Under the pieces are notes generated by a model, which saw only the letters and a list, made by a program, of their open reading frames with translations, did not search any database and had not been told where the DNA came from. From an uncultured Spirochaetaceae bacterium (GTDB lineage Bacteria; Spirochaetota; Spirochaetia; Sphaerochaetales; Sphaerochaetaceae), in the NCBI GenBank assembly GCA_946629155.1, contig CAMOXM010000003.1, forward strand, positions 1 to 32,781: DNA of 32,781 bases. Reading direction: 5' to 3'. Position numbers and translations under genes: made by a program. This document shows, in pieces, positions 9,725 through 18,886 of this stretch (position 1 is its first letter; every line of letters begins with the position of its first letter).

Positions 9725-10240
9725 ATGAGCGCCGTTTTCTTTTTCATGTGGCGGAATACCGTCCGCAAGTATTCGCTTCGGGAAACCGAAAAGCTTATCC
9801 GGAAATATCGGGACGAGTTCAATGGCATCGTAAGCGAAAAGCTGGAAATAACTCAGGAAAAGGCTATTGAAATCACAGACAGGTTCAATTCCGTAGAAGG
9901 CGAGATCGAATATTTCAACCAAAGGATGCGTGAAGCGAAAGCGCTCCTCATGAAGCTCGACAATACTAACGAACTGATACAGAATACCGTCGAGAAGAAT
10001 CTGAGCCGCGATGAAGCGCTTATCACGATGAATAAGGAACTCGAGGACCTGAAGAGGAAGATAAGCAGTTCGGATGGAGGACTAAGCGGCGCTATGGCTG
10101 AAATGGTGAACGGCATGGAAGAGGCGTTGAAGAGGATAAAGGCTGTCGAGACGAGCAATGCTAAGCTAAGAAAGGATTTTGACGATTTCGAGCATATCAT
10201 TGTCAGCATAGTGGAACGGCTTAAGGTTTTGGAGAAGTAG
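9725..10240 (+). CDS. coiled-coil protein with N-terminal hydrophobic segment; the start may lie upstream on a non-ATG codon
   Basis: Heptad-rich sequence. The in-frame upstream residues LDIVLICATALCIG continue the hydrophobic helix back to nt 9677. Its stop abuts the asnS ATG. Confidence 0.5.
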   Translation: MSAVFFFMWRNTVRKYSLRETEKLIRKYRDEFNGIVSEKLEITQEKAIEITDRFNSVEGEIEYFNQRMREAKALLMKLDNTNELIQNTVEKNLSRDEALITMNKELEDLKRKISSSDGGLSGAMAEMVNGMEEALKRIKAVETSNAKLRKDFDDFEHIIVSIVERLKVLEK

Positions 10241-11620
10241 ATGAAAAGAACTATAAGGGAGATATTGCAATTGAGCGCGGGAAGCGAAGCGACGGCTACC
10301 GGTTGGGTGAAAACGAAAAGAGACAGCAAGAACGTCGCTTTCATTTCCCTTGGGGACGGAACATGTTTCGATGCGCTCCAAGTCGTCATAGATAAAAGCA
10401 ATTTCAAGGATTTGGGTGTGGTCGAAGCCATGAACACTGGCGCGTCATGCCAATTCGAAGGCGCGCTCGTCGAGAGCGTCGGAAAGAACCAGAGCGTGGA
10501 GCTTCAGGCGAAGAGCTGCAAGATGTTCTGCAATGCGGATGACTCCTATCCGCTTCAGAAGAAAAGGCAGACATTCGAGTTCTTGAGGGAGATGCCCCAT
10601 TTGCGCGGCAGAACCAACACTTTCGGCGCGGTTATGAGGGTGAGAAGCCTTTTGGCGTTTGCCATACACAAGTTCTTTCAGGAGAAAGGTTTTTTTTACC
10701 TCAACACGCCTCTTGTAACCACATCTGATTGCGAAGGCGCGGGCGAGATGTTCGAGGTGACCACTTTGGACATCTCCAAGCCGCCCAGAACGAAGGACGG
10801 CGATGTCGATTTCGCTAAGGATTTCTTTTCCAAGAAAGCGTTTCTGACGGTTTCGGGACAGCTTGAAGGCGAATCGTATGCGACGGCAATAAGGAACATA
10901 TACACTTTCGGCCCGACTTTCCGTGCGGAGAAATCATCTACTACCAGGCATTTGGCTGAGTTCTGGATGGTGGAGCCGGAAATGGCCTTTTACGATTTGA
11001 ACGACGATGCCGACCTCGCCGAAGAATTCCTGAAGCATATTTTCAAATATGTTCTCGACAACGATGCTCGCGATATGGAATTTTTCGACAAGTTCATTTT
11101 GGAAGGCGTGACCGAAACCATAAGGCACGTGATCGAAAAGCCGTTCGTGCGCATGTCATACACGCAAGCGATCAAGGAATTGGAGAAGAACAACAAGAAG
11201 TTCGAATATCCCGTGAAATGGGGCTCCGACATTCAGACCGAGCACGAGCGCTACATAAGCGAGACCGTATGCAAGGCCCCTGTGATCCTCACCGATTATC
11301 CCAAGGAGATAAAAAGCTTCTACATGAAAGCGAATGACGACGGCAAGACTGTCAGAGCCATGGATGTTCTCGTTCCGCGTCTCGGTGAAATCATAGGCGG
11401 CAGCGAGAGGGAGGAGAACTACGATAAGCTTCTCGCAAAGATTCGCGAGCTCGGGCTCAAGGAAAGCGAATACGAGTGGTACTTGGATCTTCGCAAGTTC
11501 GGCAGCGTTCCACATTCCGGATTCGGTCTCGGCTTCGAGAGGGCCGTTCTTTATCTGACAGGCATGCAGAACATAAGGGATGTGATAGCATATCCGCGTT
11601 TTTGGAAATCTGAGAAATAA
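10241..11620 (+). CDS. asnS: asparagine--tRNA ligase
   Basis: Class II aaRS motifs FRAE, GGSEREE and GFGLGFERAVLY; N-terminal OB anticodon-binding domain; ribosome-binding site GGAGAAG. Confidence 0.9.
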   Translation: MKRTIREILQLSAGSEATATGWVKTKRDSKNVAFISLGDGTCFDALQVVIDKSNFKDLGVVEAMNTGASCQFEGALVESVGKNQSVELQAKSCKMFCNADDSYPLQKKRQTFEFLREMPHLRGRTNTFGAVMRVRSLLAFAIHKFFQEKGFFYLNTPLVTTSDCEGAGEMFEVTTLDISKPPRTKDGDVDFAKDFFSKKAFLTVSGQLEGESYATAIRNIYTFGPTFRAEKSSTTRHLAEFWMVEPEMAFYDLNDDADLAEEFLKHIFKYVLDNDARDMEFFDKFILEGVTETIRHVIEKPFVRMSYTQAIKELEKNNKKFEYPVKWGSDIQTEHERYISETVCKAPVILTDYPKEIKSFYMKANDDGKTVRAMDVLVPRLGEIIGGSEREENYDKLLAKIRELGLKESEYEWYLDLRKFGSVPHSGFGLGFERAVLYLTGMQNIRDVIAYPRFWKSEK

Positions 11621-11632
11621 AGGGAGGATAAT

Positions 11633-12997
11633 ATGGGTTTGATTAAGGCGCTGACAGGAAGCGTAGGCTCTATGTTCGGCGATCAATGGAAGGAATACTT
11701 CTATTGCGAGGCGATTTCGAGCGATACTTTAGTCGTGAAGGGCGTTAAGCGGACAAGCAGCCGAAGCTCAAATACGAAGGGAACCGATAATGTCATTTCG
11801 AACGGTTCCGGAATCGTTGTTGCTGACGGGCAATGCATGCTGATAGTCGATCAGGGCAAAGTCGTCGATTTGTGTTCCGAGCCCGGTCTCTACACTTTCG
11901 ACAAGTCATCCGAGCCTTCGATATTCTCATCCGGTCTCGGCAAAGGGATAATCGATTCCTTCAAGACGATCGGGAGAAGGTTCGCCTACGGCGCTGATGC
12001 CGCTACGGATCAGAGGGTGTATTATTTCAATACGAAGGAGATAACCGACAACAAGTTCGGCACGCAGAACCCCGTTCCCTTCAGGGCTGTGGATTCGAAA
12101 ATCGGGCTTGATCTGGATGTTTCCATAAGATGCGCCGGCATCTATTCGTATCGCGTGACCGATCCTTTGAAGTTTTACGCCAATGTTTGCGGAAACATAT
12201 CATCCGATTTCAAAAGAAGCGAGATAGACAGCCAGCTCAAGGCGGAGTTCGTTTCCGCTCTTCAGCCTTCGTTCGGCAGGCTTTCGCAATTGGAGTTGCG
12301 CCCCAACCAAATACCGTTGCACACAACTGAGCTTGAAAATGCGCTCAATGATTCTTTGTCGCAGAAATGGGGAGGCATGCGTGGGATCGAGGTTTCTTCC
12401 GTTGCCATAATATCATTGACATTGCCTGACGAAGATGCCGACATGATAAAGAAAATCCAAAAGGCGGCTATTCTTCGTGATCCGCTTATGGCGGCGGCAA
12501 GCATGACCGAAGCGCACAATACTGCCATTCAGAATGCCGCTTCGAACTCCGCCGGAGCGATGAACGGCTTTGTCGGAATGGGAATGGCTGGAAGCATGAG
12601 CGGAATGGGCGGTGCAGGAAACATCCAGTCTCTCTATCAGATGGGTATGAACAGAAGTCAGATGGGAGCAGGTCAGAACCAAGCTAGCATGAATCAGAAC
12701 CAAGGTCGATTCGGCGGTCAATTCGCAGGCCAGCCCCAGTCGGGTTTTTCCCAGCCGCAGTTCACGCAGCCCCAACCTGCGCAACCGCAGCCTATGCAAT
12801 CCCAGCCTGCGCAGTCCGGATGGAAATGCTCATGTGGAACGGTGAACAGCGGGAAATTCTGCACGGAGTGCGGCAGCCGCCGTCCGCCTCAGGAATTCCG
12901 CTGCGATAAGTGCGGCTGGAAGCCGTCCGACCCTGCCAATGTGCCGAAGTTCTGCCCGAATTGCGGCGACAGGTTCGACGAGTATGATATTGTATAG
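11633..12997 (+). CDS. SPFH/band-7 domain protein with Gly/Met/Gln-rich linker and C-terminal double zinc ribbon (COG4260 / B. subtilis YdjI-like)
   Basis: N-terminal SPFH-like region, a low-complexity GMGMAGSMSGMGGAG...QPQ linker, then CSCG...CTECG and CDKCG...CPNCG ribbons. Confidence 0.75.
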   Translation: MGLIKALTGSVGSMFGDQWKEYFYCEAISSDTLVVKGVKRTSSRSSNTKGTDNVISNGSGIVVADGQCMLIVDQGKVVDLCSEPGLYTFDKSSEPSIFSSGLGKGIIDSFKTIGRRFAYGADAATDQRVYYFNTKEITDNKFGTQNPVPFRAVDSKIGLDLDVSIRCAGIYSYRVTDPLKFYANVCGNISSDFKRSEIDSQLKAEFVSALQPSFGRLSQLELRPNQIPLHTTELENALNDSLSQKWGGMRGIEVSSVAIISLTLPDEDADMIKKIQKAAILRDPLMAAASMTEAHNTAIQNAASNSAGAMNGFVGMGMAGSMSGMGGAGNIQSLYQMGMNRSQMGAGQNQASMNQNQGRFGGQFAGQPQSGFSQPQFTQPQPAQPQPMQSQPAQSGWKCSCGTVNSGKFCTECGSRRPPQEFRCDKCGWKPSDPANVPKFCPNCGDRFDEYDIV

Positions 12998-13011
12998 GAG
13001 GTTCTTTTAAG

Positions 13012-13118
13012 ACTGCTTCCTTCATGCTGCTTGCTCTTCCGTCGCATAGCATTTTCCTCTAAAATGCGCAAATGCACAAAGCATTGGCGATTTTCTCGAA
13101 AAATGCTCTGCGGCAGAA
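13012..13118. repeat. intergenic repeat, copy 1 of a near-identical ~105-bp direct duplicate (continues to ~13150)
   Basis: ACTGCTTCCTTCATGCTGCTTGCTCTTCCGTCGCATAGCATTTTCCTCTAAAATGCGCAAATGCACAAAGCATTGGCGATTTTCTCGAAAA, repeated at 13215. Confidence 0.7.
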
Positions 13119-13214
13119 TAGACTTCGCATCATTTTGAAATCAGTTTTAAAATAACCTCTATAAGAGGTTTCTTCGAGCAGCAGGTTTTTTTAAAGCACC
13201 CCGAAGATTTCGAA

Positions 13215-13350
13215 ACTGCTTCCTTCATGCTGCTTGCTCTTCCGTCGCATAGCATTTTCCTCTAAAATGCGCAAATGCACAAAGCATTGGCGATTTTCTC
13301 GAAAACGCTCTGCGTCGGAACGAGCTTCGAGATCGCTTTTTAGGAGTTGT
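13215..13350. repeat. intergenic repeat, copy 2 (direct duplicate, ~203-bp period), reaching the ribosome-binding site of the next gene
   Basis: Near-identical to 13012-13118. Its tail, CGGAACGAGCTTCGAGATCGCTTTTT, parallels CAGAATAGACTTCGCATCATTTTG of copy 1. Confidence 0.7.
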
Positions 13351-13353
13351 CTA

Positions 13354-14463
13354 ATGTCCGATGTCAATCATTACAAATGTCCGTTGTGCGGCGCCCCTAT
13401 CAATTACGTTCCCGGCACCGATGTCCTTTCGTGCGATTATTGCGGTACAAACGTTCAGGTCTCTTCGCTGACGCAAGCAAGCGAAGAAAAAAGTTTTAAT
13501 TGGAAAAGCGATTCGGGCTCGGCGAAGACGGACGGACAGCCTGAGCGCGAATATGTCTGCAAGTCTTGCGGGGCGAGCATCGAATCCTTTGAGGATTCCT
13601 TTACGACGGCTTGTCCGTATTGCGGAAACAATGTCGTCGTGAGCGATGAGACGACAGGCGGCAGCAGACCGAACCTCATAATACCTTTTGGCCTCAAAGC
13701 CGATGAAATAAGGCAGAGGATTTCGGATTACCTGAAGAAGCTGAAGCTTTTGCCGAATGGTTTTTCGGCGGCTGCCAAAGCAGGCGAGCTCAAAGGCATC
13801 TATGTTCCTTTTTGGCTTTTTGAGTGCACGGCCGACGGTTCGATCAGTCTTCATGCCCAGAAGGAGAGCAGCGTCACCAGGTCGTTCAGAATCGAATCCT
13901 CTTCGACATCTGCGCCGGGCGCCAGGCAAGGAAATACTCGTCAGGAAACCGTTAGGAAGATTTCGCACTATCGCTTGGAAAGGGAAGGCAGGTTCGAGTT
14001 TTCAAAGCTTCCTGTGGATGCTAGCACCCATTTTGACGATGAGGCTATGGATGTGCTTGAGCCTTACGACTACGGAAAGCTCATAGAGTTCGACACTGCA
14101 TATTTCACTGGCTACTTGGCAGAGAAGTTCAACACATCGTATGAGAATGAGACGAGTCGTGGCTTCGCTAAAGTCAGAGAAGGAATTCTCGATTATTTCA
14201 AAAATGCGGAATCCGGTTATTCTAGTTTGACTGTCGAGAAAGACGATATGAAAATCGAAATCGATAATGTGCAATATGCCATGCTTCCCGTGTACGCTTT
14301 GAATTTTTCATTCAAAGGCGAAAACCATCGCATTTATGCAAACGGGCAGACTGGCAAGGTAACAGCCGACCTTCCTGTTGACGCAGGCAAATCATGGAAA
14401 TATTCCATTTTGACATTTTTGCCGGTTTTTGCTTTGGCATTCGCAATTTGCATGTTCATTTGA
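13354..14463 (+). CDS. double zinc-ribbon protein with C-terminal transmembrane anchor (YdjG-like?)
   Basis: The start was moved to the ATG at 13354 (AGGAG 7 nt upstream). It has CPLCG..CDYCG and CKSCG..CPYCG ribbons and a C-terminal TM segment SILTFLPVFALAFAICMFI. Confidence 0.65.
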   Translation: MSDVNHYKCPLCGAPINYVPGTDVLSCDYCGTNVQVSSLTQASEEKSFNWKSDSGSAKTDGQPEREYVCKSCGASIESFEDSFTTACPYCGNNVVVSDETTGGSRPNLIIPFGLKADEIRQRISDYLKKLKLLPNGFSAAAKAGELKGIYVPFWLFECTADGSISLHAQKESSVTRSFRIESSSTSAPGARQGNTRQETVRKISHYRLEREGRFEFSKLPVDASTHFDDEAMDVLEPYDYGKLIEFDTAYFTGYLAEKFNTSYENETSRGFAKVREGILDYFKNAESGYSSLTVEKDDMKIEIDNVQYAMLPVYALNFSFKGENHRIYANGQTGKVTADLPVDAGKSWKYSILTFLPVFALAFAICMFI

Positions 14464-14478
14464 AAAGGAGGTGGGATT

Positions 14479-14697
14479 ATGATGGAAAAGCTTGCAACCA
14501 ATTATCCTTTCATAATAGGGGCTTTCATCTTGTCGGCATTTATAGCTTTCATAGTATGGCTGTCTCTCCGTTCGCAAATGAAATACCAGAAGACGAGGCA
14601 AGTCAACATGACCTATTTGAACGCCGATAATGTTCGGATTCGCAAAAGCAAGGACATTTTCCTGTACGAAGAAACCAGCGGTGGTGAGGACAAGTAG
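14479..14697 (+). CDS. small single-pass membrane protein
   Basis: 72 aa with one TM helix; strong ribosome-binding site AAAGGAGGTG; 15 nt after the previous stop. Confidence 0.5.
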   Translation: MMEKLATNYPFIIGAFILSAFIAFIVWLSLRSQMKYQKTRQVNMTYLNADNVRIRKSKDIFLYEETSGGEDK

Positions 14698-14731
14698 GAA
14701 GAATAGTTTGATCCTGAGTTTAGTTATGTTG

Positions 14732-14772
14732 TTTTACGCAAATCGATTTGTGTCAAATTAATTTGCGTAAAA
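14732..14772. promoter_or_regulatory. perfect 12-bp-arm palindrome TTTTACGCAAAT-N17-ATTTGCGTAAAA (candidate operator or stem-loop)
   Basis: The arms are exact reverse complements. No T-run follows, so a simple terminator is unlikely. Confidence 0.45.
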
Positions 14773-14791
14773 TTACAGCGCGTTCGGAGGA

Positions 14792-15124
14792 ATGCCCTAT
14801 TTAAATTTTCTTATCGTCAGCGAGGAACCCGCCTTTTTCAACATAGGCGTTTATAGCGCGAATAGCAGAAGGTTCGGATATAGGCAATTCGATGTAGTGA
14901 CCCAAGATGACGACGGATATGTTTCATGGGAATGCAAATACACCAACAAGAAAGTTTCCATCGGAACCGTTTCGGAAGAGGAAGAGCAGGCGCTGAACAG
15001 CGAGTTCGGCATTTCGAGAACAGGCTTCATATCGAAAAGCGGATTCACGGATGAAGTGCTGCATCGCAAGCCAGGCTATTTGCACTCTTTGGCGGAATTA
15101 TATGATGAGAAGCTTGACTTGTAG
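14792..15124 (+). pseudogene. C-terminal (DUF234-like) remnant of an Arch_ATPase-family AAA+ ATPase gene
   Basis: 110-aa ORF matching only the C-terminal module of that family (FDVV...WECKYTNKKV...FISKSGFTDE). The ATPase part is absent. Confidence 0.45.
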
Positions 15125-15162
15125 AGCGGTATCAAGGAAACATTTGCCATCAAGGAAATATT

Positions 15163-15191
15163 TTGTAGAAAAACCGCTTTTATACTATAAT
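15163..15191 (+). promoter_or_regulatory. sigma70-like promoter TTGTAG-17-TATAAT upstream of the ABC-F gene
   Basis: Hexamers read directly; the ATG is at 15202. Confidence 0.4.
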
Positions 15192-15201
15192 GTGAAAGAT
15201 T

Positions 15202-16842
15202 ATGATTAGCGCATCGAATATTTCACTTTCATACGGAACGCAGGTTCTGTTCAAAGACGTGAATATAAAGTTCACGAGCGGAAATTGCTACGGAATCATC
15301 GGGGCCAACGGAGCAGGGAAATCCACATTCATGAAAATACTGTCCGGAGAAATAGAGCCGGATTCCGGAAACATCACCATAACCCCGGGCGCGAGGATGG
15401 CCGTCCTCAAGCAGAATCATTTCGAGTTCAACGAATTCACAGTTCTCGACACCGTCATAATGGGATTCAAGAAGCTGTACGAGATAAAGAAAGAACGCGA
15501 GGAGATTTATCAGAAAGAGGATTTCACGGACGAAGACGGCATAAGGGCGAGCGAGCTTGAAACCGAGTTCGCCGAACTCGGAGGCTGGGAAGCCGAATCG
15601 GATGCCGCCACTTTGCTTTCGAGCATCGGGGTCGTCGCTTCTCTTCACGACAAGTTCATGAAAGATATCGAGGATACGGACAAGGTCAGGGTGCTTCTCG
15701 CTCAGGCGTTGTTCGGTAATCCCGACATATTGCTGCTTGACGAGCCGACGAACCACTTGGATCTTGAAAGCATCGTCTTTTTGGAGAATTTCCTTCTGGA
15801 TTTCAAGAACACGGTCATAGTGGTGTCGCATGACAGGCATTTTCTGAATACCGTTTGCACGCATATCGCTGACGTCGATTTCGGTAAGATAACCTTGTTC
15901 GTGGGCAACTACGACTTCTGGTATGCTTCTTCGCAAATCGCCGCAAGGCAGGCAAAGGACGAGAAGAAGCGCGCTGATGAGAAAATCGCCGAATTGAAGG
16001 AATTCATACAGCGCTTCGCTTCGAATGTTGCGAAATCCAGACAGGCCACGAGTCGCAGGAAATTGATCGAGAAGCTTACCGTGGAAGACATCAAACCGTC
16101 ATCGAGGAGATTCCCTTATGTTGCATTCAAGCCCGGCAGGGAGATAGGGAACAAGGTTCTGGAGCTCAACGGGCTTTCCTACGAGAATGCAGGCGAAACG
16201 CTTTTGAACAACTTGTCTTTTATAATCGAACCAGGTGACAAGGTTGCTTTCGTAGGGCCAATGCACTCTTCCAAAACAGCGCTCTTCGACATAATCTGCG
16301 ATAGGGTGAAGCAGGCATCCGGCGATTTCGGGTGGGGCGTGACCACATCAGTCAGCTATTTTCCGAAAGACAACGATTTCATGTTCCAAAACGATGATAC
16401 GATATTCTCGTGGCTGTCGAGATTCGCACCGCCTGATTCGGATGAGACATTCATCAGGTCTTTTCTGGGCAGAATGCTTTTTTCGGGTGACGAGGTGTTC
16501 AAGAAAGTCAAGGTGTTGTCAGGCGGAGAGAAGGTCAGGTGCGTGCTTTCCAAGATGATGCTTGAGAATTGCAACGTGCTTGTTTTCGACGAGCCGACTA
16601 GTCATCTCGATTTGGAAAGCATACAGTCGCTGAACAACGGGCTTGTCGATTTCAAAGGAGTGATTCTTTTCAATTCGCATGACCACGAATTCATATCGTC
16701 CATCGCCAATAGGATAATAGAGTTCACGCCGAACGGAATCATAGACAGGCGCGAAGGCTTCGACGATTATCTGAATGATGAGGCGGTTAGGGAAAAGAGG
16801 GCGCAGCTTTCCGGAGGAAAAGATATAAAGCTGTCGATTTAG
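15202..16842 (+). CDS. ABC-F family ATPase (EttA/YbiT-like translation factor)
   Basis: Two ABC cassettes with Walker A motifs GANGAGKST and GPMHSSKT, signatures LSGGEK / LSGGE, no TM domain, and an inter-domain charged linker. Confidence 0.85.
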   Translation: MISASNISLSYGTQVLFKDVNIKFTSGNCYGIIGANGAGKSTFMKILSGEIEPDSGNITITPGARMAVLKQNHFEFNEFTVLDTVIMGFKKLYEIKKEREEIYQKEDFTDEDGIRASELETEFAELGGWEAESDAATLLSSIGVVASLHDKFMKDIEDTDKVRVLLAQALFGNPDILLLDEPTNHLDLESIVFLENFLLDFKNTVIVVSHDRHFLNTVCTHIADVDFGKITLFVGNYDFWYASSQIAARQAKDEKKRADEKIAELKEFIQRFASNVAKSRQATSRRKLIEKLTVEDIKPSSRRFPYVAFKPGREIGNKVLELNGLSYENAGETLLNNLSFIIEPGDKVAFVGPMHSSKTALFDIICDRVKQASGDFGWGVTTSVSYFPKDNDFMFQNDDTIFSWLSRFAPPDSDETFIRSFLGRMLFSGDEVFKKVKVLSGGEKVRCVLSKMMLENCNVLVFDEPTSHLDLESIQSLNNGLVDFKGVILFNSHDHEFISSIANRIIEFTPNGIIDRREGFDDYLNDEAVREKRAQLSGGKDIKLSI

Positions 16843-16905
16843 AAACGTTTTTCAAGTTTTGTTCTGAAAGGGTGGTATTCAGATACATATAGGAGGAGGA
16901 AACAG

Positions 16906-18858
16906 ATGAGAGAATTGAAGACGATTGACGAAGTTAACTTCAAAGGCAGAAGGGTTCTTATCAGATTTGATTTCAATGTGCCGGTGAAGGATGGCGTGAT
17001 TCAGGACGATGAGAGAATAGTTCAGAGCTTGCCTACGCTGAATTTGGTGCTTTCCAAAGGCGGAATCCCTGTCATAATGGCCCATTTCGGCAGGCCGAAG
17101 GGCGAGGCGAATCCGAAATACAGCCTTGCTCCAGTGGCGAAGAGGCTTGAGGAGCTCATAGGGAAAAAGGTCGTTTTGCTTGGCGACATCACCAGCGATG
17201 CGACTTATGAGAAGATAAAGGCCGCAGAAGTCGGAGATGTAATTCTTCTTGAAAACATAAGGTTCGAGAAAGGTGAGGAGAAGAACGATAAGGAGCTGTC
17301 CAAGGCGCTCTCGAAATTCGCCAATGTCTATATCAATGACGCATTCGGATGCGCGCACAGGAATCATGCCTCTACCGAAGGCGTAACGCATTTCATCGAC
17401 GATTGCTATGCGGGTTTCCTTATGAAAAAGGAAATAGACATTCTCTCAAAACTCAGAAAGAATGCCGATGCTCCATTCGTGGTGATTGTCGGAGGCTCCA
17501 AGGTTTCATCGAAGATAAGCGTTCTTGAGAGCTTTTTGAAGATCGCCGACAAGATAGTGATCGCAGGAGCGATGGCCTATACATTCCTCAAAGCGCAGGG
17601 TCATGCTGTCGGAAAGAGCATGGTGGAGGATGATTATCTCGAAACGGCTCTTTCGTTCCTCAATAGGGCTGCTGAACTTAAGAAGAAGATTGTTCTTCCT
17701 TCGGACCATGTGTGCGCTAAGGAGTTCGACGCTTCTGCTGAGCCTGTGGCCGTTAACAGCGTCGATATTCCGGAAGACCTGATCGGCATGGACATAGGGG
17801 AGAAGACGCTTGCGGATATCAAGAAGGCGATAGGCGGAGCAAAGACCGTGTTCTGGAACGGACCTGCCGGAGTGTTCGAGTTTGATAATTTCGCCAAGGG
17901 AACCAATGAAATCGCTCGCATGATAACTTCTTTGAGAGATGCCAAGACGGTTGTCGGCGGCGGAGATAGCGTCAGCGCCATCAAAAAGAGCGGGCTTAGC
18001 GACAAGATATATCATGTTTCGACCGGAGGCGGCGCATCGCTTGAATTCCTTGAAGGCAGATATTTCGATAGTCTGACGGCGTTGTACAGAAGAGGCAATC
18101 GCAGAAAGCTCGTGGCCGGTAACTGGAAGATGAACATTACGAAGCCGGAGGGCCTTGAAATCGCAACTTATCTTAGGGATAAGGCTGATGTTCAGAACGT
18201 TGAAATTGCACTTTGTCCCGAATTCCCGCTTCTTGATTGCGTTGCTAGCACTCTTTCGAAGTCTCAGATCGATGTGTATGCGCAAAATGTGAACGAAAAC
18301 GAGAAGGGCGCGTATACAGGCGAGGTTTCCTGCGAGGTAGTCAAATCGGTCGGCGTTCGCAAAACCATTCTCGGGCATAGCGAGAGAAGGGAGTTCTTCA
18401 CTGAAACGAATTCATTGCTGAACAAAAAGCTCAAGAGGGCTTTCGAATACGGTTTCGATGTGATCCTGTGCGTGGGCGAGGATAAGCTGAGAAGGAAGGT
18501 CGGCTCTTGGAAAAGATTTCTCGCGTTCCAGCTCACCAACTGCTTGAAGGGGATTTCCCCTGCGGATGCGAAGGAGCACCTGATCATCGCTTACGAGCCT
18601 ATATGGGCGATTGGAACCGGCAAAAGCGCGACGGCTGAAGATGCTGAAGAGGCGATTTCGTATATAAGGGGCAGGATTGCCAAGATATTTTCGGAACGCA
18701 TAGCGGATAATATCAAGATTTTGTATGGCGGTTCTGTCACGCCCGAAAACGCTAACGAGATCATGACGCAGAACGACATCGACGGCGTTCTCGTCGGCGG
18801 CGCATCGCTCAACAAGGAGAAGTTTTCTAAGATATGCGAAGTCGCCGCAGCACTGTAG
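16906..18858 (+). CDS. pgk-tpiA: bifunctional phosphoglycerate kinase / triosephosphate isomerase fusion
   Basis: PGK domain to ...GGGASLEFLEG. The TIM domain follows in the same frame, from LVAGNWKMN, with AYEPIWAIGTGKSAT and ILYGGSV. One continuous 650-aa ORF; ribosome-binding site AGGAGGAGG. Confidence 0.85.
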   Translation: MRELKTIDEVNFKGRRVLIRFDFNVPVKDGVIQDDERIVQSLPTLNLVLSKGGIPVIMAHFGRPKGEANPKYSLAPVAKRLEELIGKKVVLLGDITSDATYEKIKAAEVGDVILLENIRFEKGEEKNDKELSKALSKFANVYINDAFGCAHRNHASTEGVTHFIDDCYAGFLMKKEIDILSKLRKNADAPFVVIVGGSKVSSKISVLESFLKIADKIVIAGAMAYTFLKAQGHAVGKSMVEDDYLETALSFLNRAAELKKKIVLPSDHVCAKEFDASAEPVAVNSVDIPEDLIGMDIGEKTLADIKKAIGGAKTVFWNGPAGVFEFDNFAKGTNEIARMITSLRDAKTVVGGGDSVSAIKKSGLSDKIYHVSTGGGASLEFLEGRYFDSLTALYRRGNRRKLVAGNWKMNITKPEGLEIATYLRDKADVQNVEIALCPEFPLLDCVASTLSKSQIDVYAQNVNENEKGAYTGEVSCEVVKSVGVRKTILGHSERREFFTETNSLLNKKLKRAFEYGFDVILCVGEDKLRRKVGSWKRFLAFQLTNCLKGISPADAKEHLIIAYEPIWAIGTGKSATAEDAEEAISYIRGRIAKIFSERIADNIKILYGGSVTPENANEIMTQNDIDGVLVGGASLNKEKFSKICEVAAAL

Positions 18859-18886
18859 AAAGAGGTTTTTCAAAAAGAAGGGTTCT

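Noticed and set aside
9725-10240. PspA/IM30 identity for the coiled-coil protein near the SPFH cluster
   Set aside because: It has no PspA N-terminal amphipathic helix or conserved PspA blocks, so it is called only a coiled-coil protein.
13234-13353. N-terminal 40 codons of ORF 13234-14463
   Set aside because: They translate the intergenic repeat (basic, low complexity). A good AGGAG-ATG start exists at 13354, just before the first zinc ribbon.
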